Assembly (NCBI GenBank): GCA_030605195.1
Contig: JAUWBB010000002.1
Span: 1 to 39,206 of the forward strand
Origin: Bacteroidota bacterium
Lineage (GTDB): Bacteria > Bacteroidota > Bacteroidia > Bacteroidales > VadinHA17
DNA: 39,206 nucleotides
Direction: 5' to 3'
Positions within the stretch are counted from its first letter, which is position 1, and each line of letters starts with the position of its first letter. Below the pieces are notes generated by a model that made no database searches, was not told where the DNA came from, and saw nothing but the letters and a program-made list of their open reading frames with translations. The position numbers and the translations under genes are program-made. Positions 8,676-18,300 of the stretch are shown piece after piece.

Positions 8676-9641
8676 ATGGAAGAAGTAGCTATTGGAATCG
8701 ATATAGGAGGAACCAATACCGTTTTTGGATTAATTGACAGAAACGGAAAGAACCTGGGGGAAGGTTCTGTTTCTACCGGTTCTTATTCAGATATTGAAAT
8801 GTTCCTGTTAGCACTTTATGAACAAATAAATGTTTTAATTTCAAATGCAGAGGAAGAAATGCAGATTAAAGGAGTTGGAATAGTTGCTCCAATGGGGAAT
8901 TATAAAAAGGGAACAATTGAACATGCTGTTAATCTTCCATGGAGGGGAATAATTCCGTTGGCAAAGAGCTTTGAGAAAATTTGCCGGAAACCCGTTTTAG
9001 TTACCAACGATGCAAATGCAGCAGCCATTGGAGAAATGGTGTTCGGGGGAGCTAAAGGCATGAAGGATTTTATTATGATCACACTTGGAACGGGGTTGGG
9101 TGGTGGAGTTGTAACTAACGGCGACCTGGTTTATGGGCATGATGGTTTTGCCGGTGAGATCGGGCATATTAAAGTTGATCCTCAAGGACGTATTTGTAAT
9201 TGCGGAAAGAGAGGCTGTTTGGAAACATATGCATCGGCTACCGGCATCAAACGAACGGTTTTTGAGCTTCTGGCTGATTCGAACAAGAAAAGTGAATTAA
9301 GATATATCTCATATAATGAATTGGACGCAAAAAAAATTCACGAAGAAGCGAAAAAGGGAGACCAAATCGCTCTAGATGCCTTTGATTATACAGGAAAGAT
9401 ATTGGGAAAGGTTTTAGCCGATTGTGTTGCTTTTTCCAACCCGGAAGCTATTTTCCTTTTAGGAGGACTGGCTAATGCCGGAAAATACATCTTTGATCCC
9501 ACAAAGCACTATATGGAGAAAAATTTGTTAACTGTTTACAAAAATAAAGTTAAAATTCAACCTTCGAAACTGGATGGTGCAAATGCAGCCGTCCTGGGCT
9601 CCAGTGCTTTGGTCTGGAAAGAACTTCCGGGATCAATATGA
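8676..9641 (+). CDS. ROK family sugar kinase (glucokinase-like), copy 2 (tandem paralogue)
   Basis: Collinear with copy 1: 'IGIDIGGTNTV', 'VTNDANAAAIGE', 'GFAGEIGHI' and the zinc motif 'CNCGKRGCLETY'. Confidence 0.85.
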   Translation: MEEVAIGIDIGGTNTVFGLIDRNGKNLGEGSVSTGSYSDIEMFLLALYEQINVLISNAEEEMQIKGVGIVAPMGNYKKGTIEHAVNLPWRGIIPLAKSFEKICRKPVLVTNDANAAAIGEMVFGGAKGMKDFIMITLGTGLGGGVVTNGDLVYGHDGFAGEIGHIKVDPQGRICNCGKRGCLETYASATGIKRTVFELLADSNKKSELRYISYNELDAKKIHEEAKKGDQIALDAFDYTGKILGKVLADCVAFSNPEAIFLLGGLANAGKYIFDPTKHYMEKNLLTVYKNKVKIQPSKLDGANAAVLGSSALVWKELPGSI

Positions 9642-10109
9642 AGATAATAGCCGGCATTCCCGCTTTTCCTTCCATCCTTAACGATAAAGGCGCCAAAGTT
9701 TATTTTGTATTTTGATTTTTGATGCTTTTAATTAGAAAAACTTCTACTTTATAGACAGACACTAATTAAACATTTTATACTATCATAAATCCGAAATAGA
9801 TGAGTTACTTGTTTTTCAACAATATGGTGTTTATATCATTGTGTTTATATCATTGCGAATAAAAATACTATAGTAAGATTTTAATTGTATTCGCTTTTAC
9901 ACAGTCCTGTTTTGAACCTTTTCTTTATTGTATGCTTCCTATTTAACATAAAATTGTAAACTACTAACCTGATTAATCACCTTCGGTGAGCCTTGCTCAC
10001 TGCCGTGTAATACTTCACAATTTTGGTAACAATCCTATTAACTTTAGGAATTTATTCAAGGCTTTTTGTTTTCTAATAACATAGTACCAGAGCTCAGTAT
10101 TATAGACAT
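9617..10109 (-). pseudogene. decayed DUF2461 / TIGR02453-family gene
   Basis: Minus-strand translation of 9617-9733 reads 'KSKYKINFGAFIVKDGRKSGNAGYYLHIDPGSSF'. This matches my recollection of the family core (..K.PYKT.(I/L)GA.....GK.....GYY(I/L)H(I/L)EPG.S...GGG.W). An N-terminal trace 'MSIILSSGTMLLENKKP*INS' at 10109-10056 resembles 'FL..L..NN..(E)WF' with TGA in place of the Trp codon. Many stops lie in between, and the expected C-terminal third is missing because the ROK copy 2 3' end occupies it. Confidence 0.5.
9827..9854. repeat. perfect 14-bp tandem duplication (gtgtttatatcatt x2) inside the DUF2461 relic
   Basis: Read directly. 14 is not a multiple of 3, so it would be frameshifting in any ancestral ORF. 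Confidence 0.95.
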
Positions 10110-10203
10110 TTTATTTTTTTGAATCGCAAATTCGTATTTAATTTTTTTATTTCTTATGCAAGTATTTCACTTTTCCCGAAGGGATGCCTTTGGAAAAACT
10201 TTT

Positions 10204-10211
10204 TACTTTTG
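10204..10211 (+). promoter_or_regulatory. candidate -7 promoter box (TAnnTTTG) for ispD
   Basis: tacttttg lies about 80 nt upstream of the ispD ATG at 10294. Confidence 0.35.
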
Positions 10212-10293
10212 TCTTTTATCTTCTGCATGAAACAAGTTCGCGGAAGTAATAATGCGGATAAAAACGGAACCACTACCAGTTTACTGTTGACCC

Positions 10294-10980
10294 ATGAAGA
10301 AATATGCCATAATCGTTGCTGCAGGATCAGGGATCCGGATGAAAAGCAGGATTCATAAACAATTTTTACTGCTTGGAGGAATACCTGTCCTTATGTTTTC
10401 CGTAAAAGCATTTTATGAATTTGACAGAAAAATCAAAGTAATACTTGTTCTCCCAAAAGATCAGATAGCTTATTGGGACAAATTATGCGGGGAATTTAAA
10501 TTTGAAATAAAGCATAAAATAGTTGAAGGTGGAGCCAGCCGTTTGGAATCAGTGAAAATGGGTTTGTCGCGAATCGATACGGATGGTTTGGTCGCGATAC
10601 ATGATGGTGTAAGACCCCTGGTAAAGATTGAAACAATAAAAAAGGGTTTCGAAATTGCCCTGAAGCATGGGAATGCAGTCCCGTTTGTTGATGTTTCTGG
10701 TTCTGTTCGGTTATTTGATGGAAAAAGCAGCAGCCCCCTGGAACGAAACAAAGTTAAAATTATTCAAACCCCGCAAGTTTTTAGTGTAACTAAGGTAAAA
10801 AAAGCATATAATCAAAAGTTCGATCCTTCCTTTACTGATGATGCAGCGGTTGTTGAATCAATGGGTGTAAAAATAAATCTGTTTGAAGGGGATCAGGAGA
10901 ATATTAAAATCACTACTGACACCGACCTGATAATAGCCGAATCATTTTTAAGAAAGATACAAGGGGGATTTAATCCGTAA
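10294..10980 (+). CDS. ispD: 2-C-methyl-D-erythritol 4-phosphate cytidylyltransferase
   Basis: 'AIIVAAGSGIRMKS..KQFL' N-terminal nucleotide-binding signature, 'IHDGVRPL' and 'IQTPQVF'; about 228 aa, typical of IspD. Confidence 0.9.
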   Translation: MKKYAIIVAAGSGIRMKSRIHKQFLLLGGIPVLMFSVKAFYEFDRKIKVILVLPKDQIAYWDKLCGEFKFEIKHKIVEGGASRLESVKMGLSRIDTDGLVAIHDGVRPLVKIETIKKGFEIALKHGNAVPFVDVSGSVRLFDGKSSSPLERNKVKIIQTPQVFSVTKVKKAYNQKFDPSFTDDAAVVESMGVKINLFEGDQENIKITTDTDLIIAESFLRKIQGGFNP

Positions 10981-11031
10981 ACCCAACGAAAAAATGATTT
11001 TGCACTCTAATTAGTATATCATGAATCTTCA

Positions 11032-12093
11032 ATGAAAAAGATAATACCCATAATATTTTTTATACATATATATATTTTTTCTTCTGCACAGGGATCTTTA
11101 CCAGACAAAAGAAGCTATTTTTTCGAGGGTATTTTTCAATATGGGTCAATTCTTCCGCACAGGATTGCAATAAAGCATCTTCGTACAGGGCCATTATTTG
11201 GTTATGAATTTAAATTTGGAATACAAACAACGAGTAACAATTTATGGAAAAAAATTTATAACCAACCAGAAATTGGATTTGGGTTTTATGGCGCTAATCT
11301 TGGCAATTCACCTGTTCTGGGAAATCCAAATGCCATTTATTCATTTATTAGAATTCCAATAAAAAGAGGACGGAAGTTCATTCCTTTTTATCAGATCGCT
11401 ACCGGTTTAACATATAACCTTAAGAAAAACCTTGCCATTGGTTCGGAACTGAATCAATATTTTAATTTAAGTATAGGGGGAAGATTGAAGATAAACCCGA
11501 AACTCTGTCTAATAAATGAAATAGGGTTTACCCATTTTTCAAATGGCGCTGTTAAAAAACCAAACATTGGCATAAATTCCTTTAGTTATAAATTAGGTTT
11601 GAATTTTAATACTGTTCAACAGGAATTTATTGGAAGGGAATATGAAATTCCGGATTTCGAACCGCTTTATGAATTTTATTTTTTTTATGGAGCAGGCCTC
11701 AGGCAACATAACTCCGGGGACGAATTTTACTTTACTTCAACGATTTCAACCGGGCTGTTACGACAATATGGCCATAAAGGAAAATATGGCTTAGGTATGG
11801 ATGTTTTCTACGACGAAACCTTATATATTTTTGTCGATGATGAGCCATTCCTGAAATATGCCCTGAAACAAGGGTTTTTCCTTTCACACGAATTTATTAT
11901 TTCCGGTTTTTCAATCGTTACCCAATTAGGAATTTATACCTATCAAAAAAGCTTTGCTCACCACACATTTTATAATAGAATTGGATTAAAATATAAATTC
12001 TCAAAGCATTTCTTTGCCAATATCTCCATTAAATCCCATTCTGCCAAAGCAGATTTTATTGAGGCAGGACTGGGATACTATTTCCTTAGGTAA
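11032..12093 (+). CDS. acyloxyacyl hydrolase (PagL-like lipid A deacylase family) outer-membrane protein
   Basis: Signal peptide, a beta-barrel-like alternating pattern and a 'GFTHFSNG' His-x-Ser-Asn-Gly catalytic-type motif. Ends in an aromatic-rich strand (GLGYYFLR). Confidence 0.55.
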   Translation: MKKIIPIIFFIHIYIFSSAQGSLPDKRSYFFEGIFQYGSILPHRIAIKHLRTGPLFGYEFKFGIQTTSNNLWKKIYNQPEIGFGFYGANLGNSPVLGNPNAIYSFIRIPIKRGRKFIPFYQIATGLTYNLKKNLAIGSELNQYFNLSIGGRLKINPKLCLINEIGFTHFSNGAVKKPNIGINSFSYKLGLNFNTVQQEFIGREYEIPDFEPLYEFYFFYGAGLRQHNSGDEFYFTSTISTGLLRQYGHKGKYGLGMDVFYDETLYIFVDDEPFLKYALKQGFFLSHEFIISGFSIVTQLGIYTYQKSFAHHTFYNRIGLKYKFSKHFFANISIKSHSAKADFIEAGLGYYFLR

Positions 12094-12207
12094 TTAATAT
12101 ATATTCAGAACTCGGTAATTTTTACATTTTTATCATAATTAGCACAAAAATAATATTTTAAAAATCTCTTTTTTGTCTGTATGTTGGCATTATTTTTGCG
12201 GAAACGA

Positions 12208-12237
12208 TGGAAACATTTATTCTAAAAGTAGTTTCCA
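12208..12237. promoter_or_regulatory. inverted repeat tggaaac-N16-gtttcca, candidate TetR operator
   Basis: Arms at 12208-12214 and 12231-12237, immediately upstream of a tatgtttg (TAnnTTTG) box at 12251-12258 and the TetR start. Confidence 0.3.
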
Positions 12238-12262
12238 AAGTTTTTTTATGTATGTTTGCAGC

Positions 12263-12889
12263 ATGAATCAGAAAACAGATGAATTATTTGTAAGAGTGTC
12301 GTGTCTTTTTAGCCGGTTTGGGATTAAAAGCCTGACCATGGATGATATTGCCCGTGAACTGGGAATCTCGAAAAAGACTCTATACCGGCAAGTTGAGGAT
12401 AAAAGGGATCTTGTTAAGAAAGTTCTTGAGATTGATTTATGCAAACGGGAGGAATATTTTGCAATGATCAAAAACAGGAGCCTCAATGCAATCGAGGAGG
12501 TTTTTGAAGTGAACAAGCTGGTAAACAGAATGAGTAAAGAAACAAATCCTGTCCGCGAATTCGACCTGCAAAAATATTATCCTGAAATATACGATGTTGT
12601 AAACCAGAGAAGGAGAGCGCGCATGTACCGGGCAATGAAAGAGAATTTACAAAAGGGGAAAAAGGAAGGTTTGTACAGAAAAGATATGAACGAAGAGATT
12701 ATCTCTACGCTATATATTACCCGGATAGAAAACATGTTCCGTAAGGATTTGGAAACCGTAATCGAATTTACTTCTCCTACATTTATCTATGAGGTGTTTG
12801 TTTACCACATCCGGGGAATTGCCTCGGAAAAAGGCATAAAATTTTTTGATAAGAATATTTACCGGTTATATCCGGAAGAAAAATCATGA
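12263..12889 (+). CDS. TetR/AcrR family transcriptional regulator
   Basis: HTH 'FGIKSLTMDDIARELGISKKTLYRQVEDKRDLV' lies near the N-terminus when started at the ATG at 12263. The track start at 12173 adds 30 unlikely residues. First gene of the efflux operon. Confidence 0.85.
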   Translation: MNQKTDELFVRVSCLFSRFGIKSLTMDDIARELGISKKTLYRQVEDKRDLVKKVLEIDLCKREEYFAMIKNRSLNAIEEVFEVNKLVNRMSKETNPVREFDLQKYYPEIYDVVNQRRRARMYRAMKENLQKGKKEGLYRKDMNEEIISTLYITRIENMFRKDLETVIEFTSPTFIYEVFVYHIRGIASEKGIKFFDKNIYRLYPEEKS

Positions 12890-12892
12890 GTC

Positions 12893-14257
12893 ATGTTATC
12901 TCAAAAAAAAGAAATAACGTTTTGGAAAACCCTGTTTATTGGGTTATTGCTTTTTTGTATTATTAGTATAGCGGGTTTCTCCCAGGAAAAAATGTCATTT
13001 TCCCTGAAGGAGGCACAGGACTACGCCATAAAAAACAATCTGAATGTCAGAAGTGCGTCACTGGATGTTGAAATTGCAAGGAAGAAGATATGGGAAACAA
13101 CAGCAATTGGTTTACCACAAGTCAATGCCGGTGTTTCCTATACAAATAATTTACTTTTAGCAACCATATTGATTCCCAATTTCTTTCAGGGTAAACCCGA
13201 TGAACTTATCGAAGTGAAATTTGGAACACAACATAATGCGAATGCCAACATTAGCGCGAACCAATTGGTTTTTAACGGACCATATATTGTCGGATTACAA
13301 GCAGCGAGTATTTTTATAAGGTTTTCCGAACAAAACCTCGAAAAGTCGGAAATACTGGTGAAAGAAATGGTTATTCAAAATTTTTACCTGGTGTTGCTAT
13401 CGGAGGAAACCGTTAAAATGCTAAATGCAAATTATGAGAATTTAAGCAGGATACTGTTTGAAACCAGGGAATTATATAAAAACGGTTTTGCTGAAGAAAC
13501 AGATGTTGACCAGTTTCGGGTAACAGTAACCTCATTGGAAAACAATATAAGATCAATGGAACGACAACTGGAAGTGTCTCTTAACCTGCTTAAGTACCAG
13601 ATGGGATTGGATCAGGGTACCGGAATAATCTTAACCGAAAATTTAGGGGACATCTTATTACGGATCAATCTTGACGTTCTTTTAACAGAGGATTTTCAGG
13701 TAAATAAACACATCGATTTCAAATTAATGGATACACAGGAGAAACTTGCCCTCTTAAATTTGAAAAGGGAAAAAGCTGAATACCTTCCTTCTTTATCTGC
13801 ATTTTACACAAATCAACAAACTGCAATGAGAGATGAATTTAACTTTTTGGATTTCGATGAAAAATGGTTTGAATCTTCTATGCTTGGCTTTTCATTTAAT
13901 ATCCCAATTTTCAGCAGTGGGTCAAAAAGGTCGAGAATTAGCCAGAAACAATTGGAATTAGAAAAGTCAATCATTACGAAAAAATTGCTGGAGCAAGGCC
14001 TTGTCCTGGAAAACCAGCAGGCGCGCTACGATTTTTCAAATGCCCTGGAAAAGTATAAAAGTGAAAAAGAAAACGTTAATATTTCTAAAAAAGTGGCAGA
14101 TCGAATAACACTTAAATATAAGCAAGGAGTTGCCTCGAGCCTTGAATTAACCCAGGCTAATAATCAGTATTTACAAATACAGGGCAATTTAACAACAGCT
14201 TTGGTGGAACTTTTAAATGCCAAAGTAAGATTGGACAAAGCTTTAAACAAACTTTAA
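12893..14257 (+). CDS. TolC family outer-membrane efflux protein
   Basis: Signal peptide and two-fold repeated coiled-coil/beta architecture. The start lies 3 nt after the TetR stop. Operon context with MFP and RND genes. Confidence 0.85.
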   Translation: MLSQKKEITFWKTLFIGLLLFCIISIAGFSQEKMSFSLKEAQDYAIKNNLNVRSASLDVEIARKKIWETTAIGLPQVNAGVSYTNNLLLATILIPNFFQGKPDELIEVKFGTQHNANANISANQLVFNGPYIVGLQAASIFIRFSEQNLEKSEILVKEMVIQNFYLVLLSEETVKMLNANYENLSRILFETRELYKNGFAEETDVDQFRVTVTSLENNIRSMERQLEVSLNLLKYQMGLDQGTGIILTENLGDILLRINLDVLLTEDFQVNKHIDFKLMDTQEKLALLNLKREKAEYLPSLSAFYTNQQTAMRDEFNFLDFDEKWFESSMLGFSFNIPIFSSGSKRSRISQKQLELEKSIITKKLLEQGLVLENQQARYDFSNALEKYKSEKENVNISKKVADRITLKYKQGVASSLELTQANNQYLQIQGNLTTALVELLNAKVRLDKALNKL

Positions 14258-14272
14258 AAGGACATTTTAAAA

Positions 14273-15316
14273 ATGAAAAAATCATTTTATGTAGTCTTTA
14301 TTCTCTTTATGGTTGCTTGTGCACCAAAGAGAGAGGAAGACCCGGGCAAGGATGAAAAGATTGCCATAAAGGTTCCTGTATTAATTGAAAATACAGCATT
14401 TAGAGAATTTAGTCATTTTATTGAAGTAACCGGAGTGCTGGAAGCGGAATATTACGCCGTTATCAGCTCAGAGATCAGTGGCCAGATAAAAAAGATTCAT
14501 GTTCGTGAGGGGCAGTTAGTAAAAAAGGGACAACTTATGGTTTCTTTAAACAGCAAGGTGACAGAAAGCACAATTGCCGAAGTCAAAACGGGCCTTGTAC
14601 TGGCAAAGAAAATATACGAAAAACAAAAAGAATTATGGAAACAGAATATCGGATCCGAAATTCAATACCTTGAAGCCAAAACCTCTAAAGAATCTTCTGA
14701 AAACCGGTTAAAAACCCTTCAGGCACAGTTGGAAATGGCCAGGATAAAAGCACCCTTTGAGGGAGTTGTCGAAGAAATTTACAGTAAAGAAGGTGAATTG
14801 GCAATCCCGGGTTTGCAATTGGTTTATGTTGTCAATCTGTCAAAATTAAAAGTTTTGGCAAAGGTTTCAGAAACCTATCTTTCAAATATTAAAAAAGGCG
14901 ATATGGCCATCCTGGAGTTTTCTTCATACCCGGATATAAAATTGAAAATACCAATAAGCCGGACAGGGAATGTTATAAATAAGCAAAACAGGACATTTAA
15001 GGTTGAATTTAATTTCAAAAACCCGGAATCGTTATTAAAACCAAATATTCTAACCACGGTGAAATTAAATGACTATTACACCGATTCGGCCCTTATCGTA
15101 CCATCAATAATTATTAAACAGGATATGAAAGGTACTTATCTCTATGTGGCCGGCGGAAATGATCCTGATTTGTATGCAAAAAAAATCTATATTGAAAAGG
15201 GACGTTCGTATCAGGATGAAACCATGGTATTACAGGGTCTTGGAGAAGGACAAATGGTAATAACATCCGGGTATAATGAAGTTTATGATGGGATGGCCAT
15301 AGAAATAAAAAATTAG
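14273..15316 (+). CDS. efflux RND transporter periplasmic adaptor (MFP) lipoprotein
   Basis: Lipobox 'FMVACAPK'. Biotinyl-lipoyl-like hairpin motifs ('ISGQIKKIHVREGQLVKKGQLM' ... 'IKAPFEGVVEEI') flank a coiled coil. Confidence 0.85.
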   Translation: MKKSFYVVFILFMVACAPKREEDPGKDEKIAIKVPVLIENTAFREFSHFIEVTGVLEAEYYAVISSEISGQIKKIHVREGQLVKKGQLMVSLNSKVTESTIAEVKTGLVLAKKIYEKQKELWKQNIGSEIQYLEAKTSKESSENRLKTLQAQLEMARIKAPFEGVVEEIYSKEGELAIPGLQLVYVVNLSKLKVLAKVSETYLSNIKKGDMAILEFSSYPDIKLKIPISRTGNVINKQNRTFKVEFNFKNPESLLKPNILTTVKLNDYYTDSALIVPSIIIKQDMKGTYLYVAGGNDPDLYAKKIYIEKGRSYQDETMVLQGLGEGQMVITSGYNEVYDGMAIEIKN

Positions 15317-15343
15317 CGTTTGTGAATCAAAACGGGTAAGGAT

Positions 15344-18300
15344 ATGAATGTTAAGCAAACTATTGACAGCATAGTAAGGGAGTTTAAATTAACCACCCTT
15401 GCACTGAAAAATAAAAATACGGTTTTCCTTTTAACACTTTTCATAGTTTTTTTTGGCCTGTATTCCTACATAAAGCTGGCAAAAGAGTTATTTCCCGAAA
15501 TAGTGATACCTACGATATTGGTTCAAACACTCTATCCGGGTAACTCACCCCTGGATATTGAAAACCTTATTAGCCGGCCGATAGAAAAAGAAATTGAATC
15601 GATAAATGGAATTAAGGAATTAAGGTCAAATTCCATCCAGGATGCATCCATGGTTATCATAGAATTTAATACCAATGTGGATATTAAAGATGCGTTACAG
15701 GATGTGAAAGATGCTGTTGACAAAGCAAAAAATGAATTACCTGGTGATTTATTAAGGGATCCTGTTGTTTTGGATATTGATGTTTCGGAATTTCCTATTC
15801 TTAACATAAATCTTTCAGGTGATTTTAGTATTGAAGAGTTAAAATTTTATGCTGAGTACCTTGAAGACAAAATTGAATCCATTGAGGAAATTTCAAAAGT
15901 CGAAATCAAAGGAATTAATGATAAGGAAATAAAAATCAATGTTGATCTGTATCGTCTGGAAGCCTATGAACTTACTTTCTTTGATATCGAGAGCGCCATT
16001 ATTATGGAAAACATATCTATTTCCGGAGGTGAAATAAGACTGGGAAAAACCAGAAGGGCTATTAGAACAGTTGGAGAATTTAAGGACGTAGGTGAAATTG
16101 AAAACATTATTGTTAAGCATGATAATGGTAATATTATATATCTGAAAAATGTGGCTGATGTGATTGACGGGTATGAAGATCCAACAAATTTTGCCAGGCT
16201 CAATGAAAAACCTGTCATATCCCTGCAGGTTGTGAAAAAAAGCGGGGAAAATCTGCTTTCTGCAACCGACAAGATTTTTGAAATTATGGATAACGCGCAA
16301 AACAGTGGCGCCATTCCGGTAAATATGACTGTATCGTTTACAAACGACCAGTCCGATATGATCCGGAAACAATTAAATAACCTGGAAAACAGTATGATAA
16401 TGGGAGTACTTTTAGTGGTGTTGGTTTTATTTTATTTCCTGGGTACACGAAATGCACTTTTTGTAGGCCTTGCAATTCCCATGTCGATGTTTACCAGCTT
16501 TATGATCCTGAGCCTGATCGGTTATAAGATCAATATGATTATTTTATTTGCCTTAATTCTGGCGTTGGGAATGCTGGTTGATAATGCCATTGTTGTGGTG
16601 GAAAACATCTACCGGTTTATCGACCGTGGATTTAAACCCTTCGAAGCGGCACGTCAAGCCGTTGGCGAAATTGCCGTTCCGATCATTGCTTCAACACTTA
16701 CCACTTGGGCTGCCTTCCTGCCTTTGGCTTTCTGGGGGGGGGTAATAGGGTCGTTCATGAAATACCTTCCCATTACATTGATTATAGTCTTGTCTTCTTC
16801 ACTGTTTGTGGGGTTGGTTATTATACCTGTTTTCTCTTCAACATTTATAAAACACGGGGAGAACCGGAATGATAATACTCCACGTAAAAAACGAACCTAC
16901 AAGATTGTTGGAGGAATGACCATTTTGGCTATTGTTCTGTATCTTATTAAATTCTATTTCCTGGCAAACATCTTATCCTTTCTTGCTGCCATAATTTTCC
17001 TGAACACTTTGTTTTTATATAAAGCAGAGCGATGGTTTCAGAATATTTTTTTGATTTGGCTTGAAAATAGTTATCTTAAAATATTACTCTTTGCCTTAAA
17101 GGGTAAAAATCCTTTTACCTTTTTTGGGGGGACGATTCTGTTGTTGCTTGCAACACTTATTTTGTTCGGAATAAGGCGGCCCCAGGTAAACTTCTTTCCG
17201 GTTACCGAACCTTCCTATATAAACGTGATTGCTGAACTTCCGATTGGGACGGATATTACAGCCACCGATTCGATGATGATGTTGCTGGAAAAGGATATTG
17301 ATTACTTGTTGGGTGAGAATAATAAAATTGTCGAATCGGTCTTAACCACAGTCGGAACAGGCTCTTCTTTTGGTTTTAGTACAGGGGATGAGCCCAATAA
17401 GGGACTTATTACCATTACATTTGTTGATTATGAAGACCGGAACAAAATAAATACTTCCCGGATTTTGGAAGAGTTATCGGAATACCTCATAGGGAAATAC
17501 CCTGGTGTGCTGATCTCGACGGAAAAAAATGAAATGGGTCCACCAACCGGGAGGCCAATCAGTATTGAAATTAGCGGTACCAACTTCGAAGAGATAATCT
17601 ATTGGACAGATTCTCTTCAAGATTATATTGAACAATTGCAGGTGGAAGGTATTGAGGGACTAAAGATGGACCTTGATGTAGGCAAGCCTGAAATAATTGT
17701 CAATATCGATCGTGATAAAGCCAGGCGGTTTGGTATTTCAACAATGGAAATAGCCAGTACAATCCGAACAGCTCTTTTTGGTAAAGAAATATCAGACTTT
17801 AAAGTGGGAGAAGAGGAATATCCGATTAAGTTGCGATTAAAAGATGAAAACCGGTATAATATGGCCTCTTTATTGAACCTGAGAATTTCTTTCCGGGAAG
17901 AAGGGAAGTTGATTCAGATTCCTGTTTCAGCCGTGGCTGATATTACATACAGCACAACTTACGGAGCCGTTAACCGCAAGGACATGAACAGGGTAATTAC
18001 CCTTTATTCAAACATTTTAGAGGGATATAACGGGACACAAATAAATAACAGGCTCAAAAATCTGTTAAAAGATTTTGGTTTACCGGAAGGATATGAATTT
18101 AGCTTTACGGGCGAACAGGAAGAACAGCAGGAGTCAATGGCGTTTTTATCAAAGGCCATGTTAATTGCATTAGCATTGATCCTTGTAATACTGGTAACCC
18201 AGTTTAATTCTTTGATCAAACCACTTATTATTATTGCAAGTGTTATTTTTAGTACAATTGGGGTTTTTGGTGGAATTTCAACTTTCAGGATGGATTTTAT

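Noticed and set aside
10119-10358. 79-aa plus-strand ORF spanning the ispD upstream region
   Set aside because: It overlaps the ispD start in another frame and runs through the promoter and hairpin region. It has a non-ATG start, low-complexity sequence and no motif.
12173-12262. Upstream extension of the TetR ORF (track start 12173)
   Set aside because: It adds 30 residues (MSVCWHYFCGNDG...) ahead of a normally N-terminal HTH and overlaps the candidate operator and promoter. The start codon at 12173 is not ATG.
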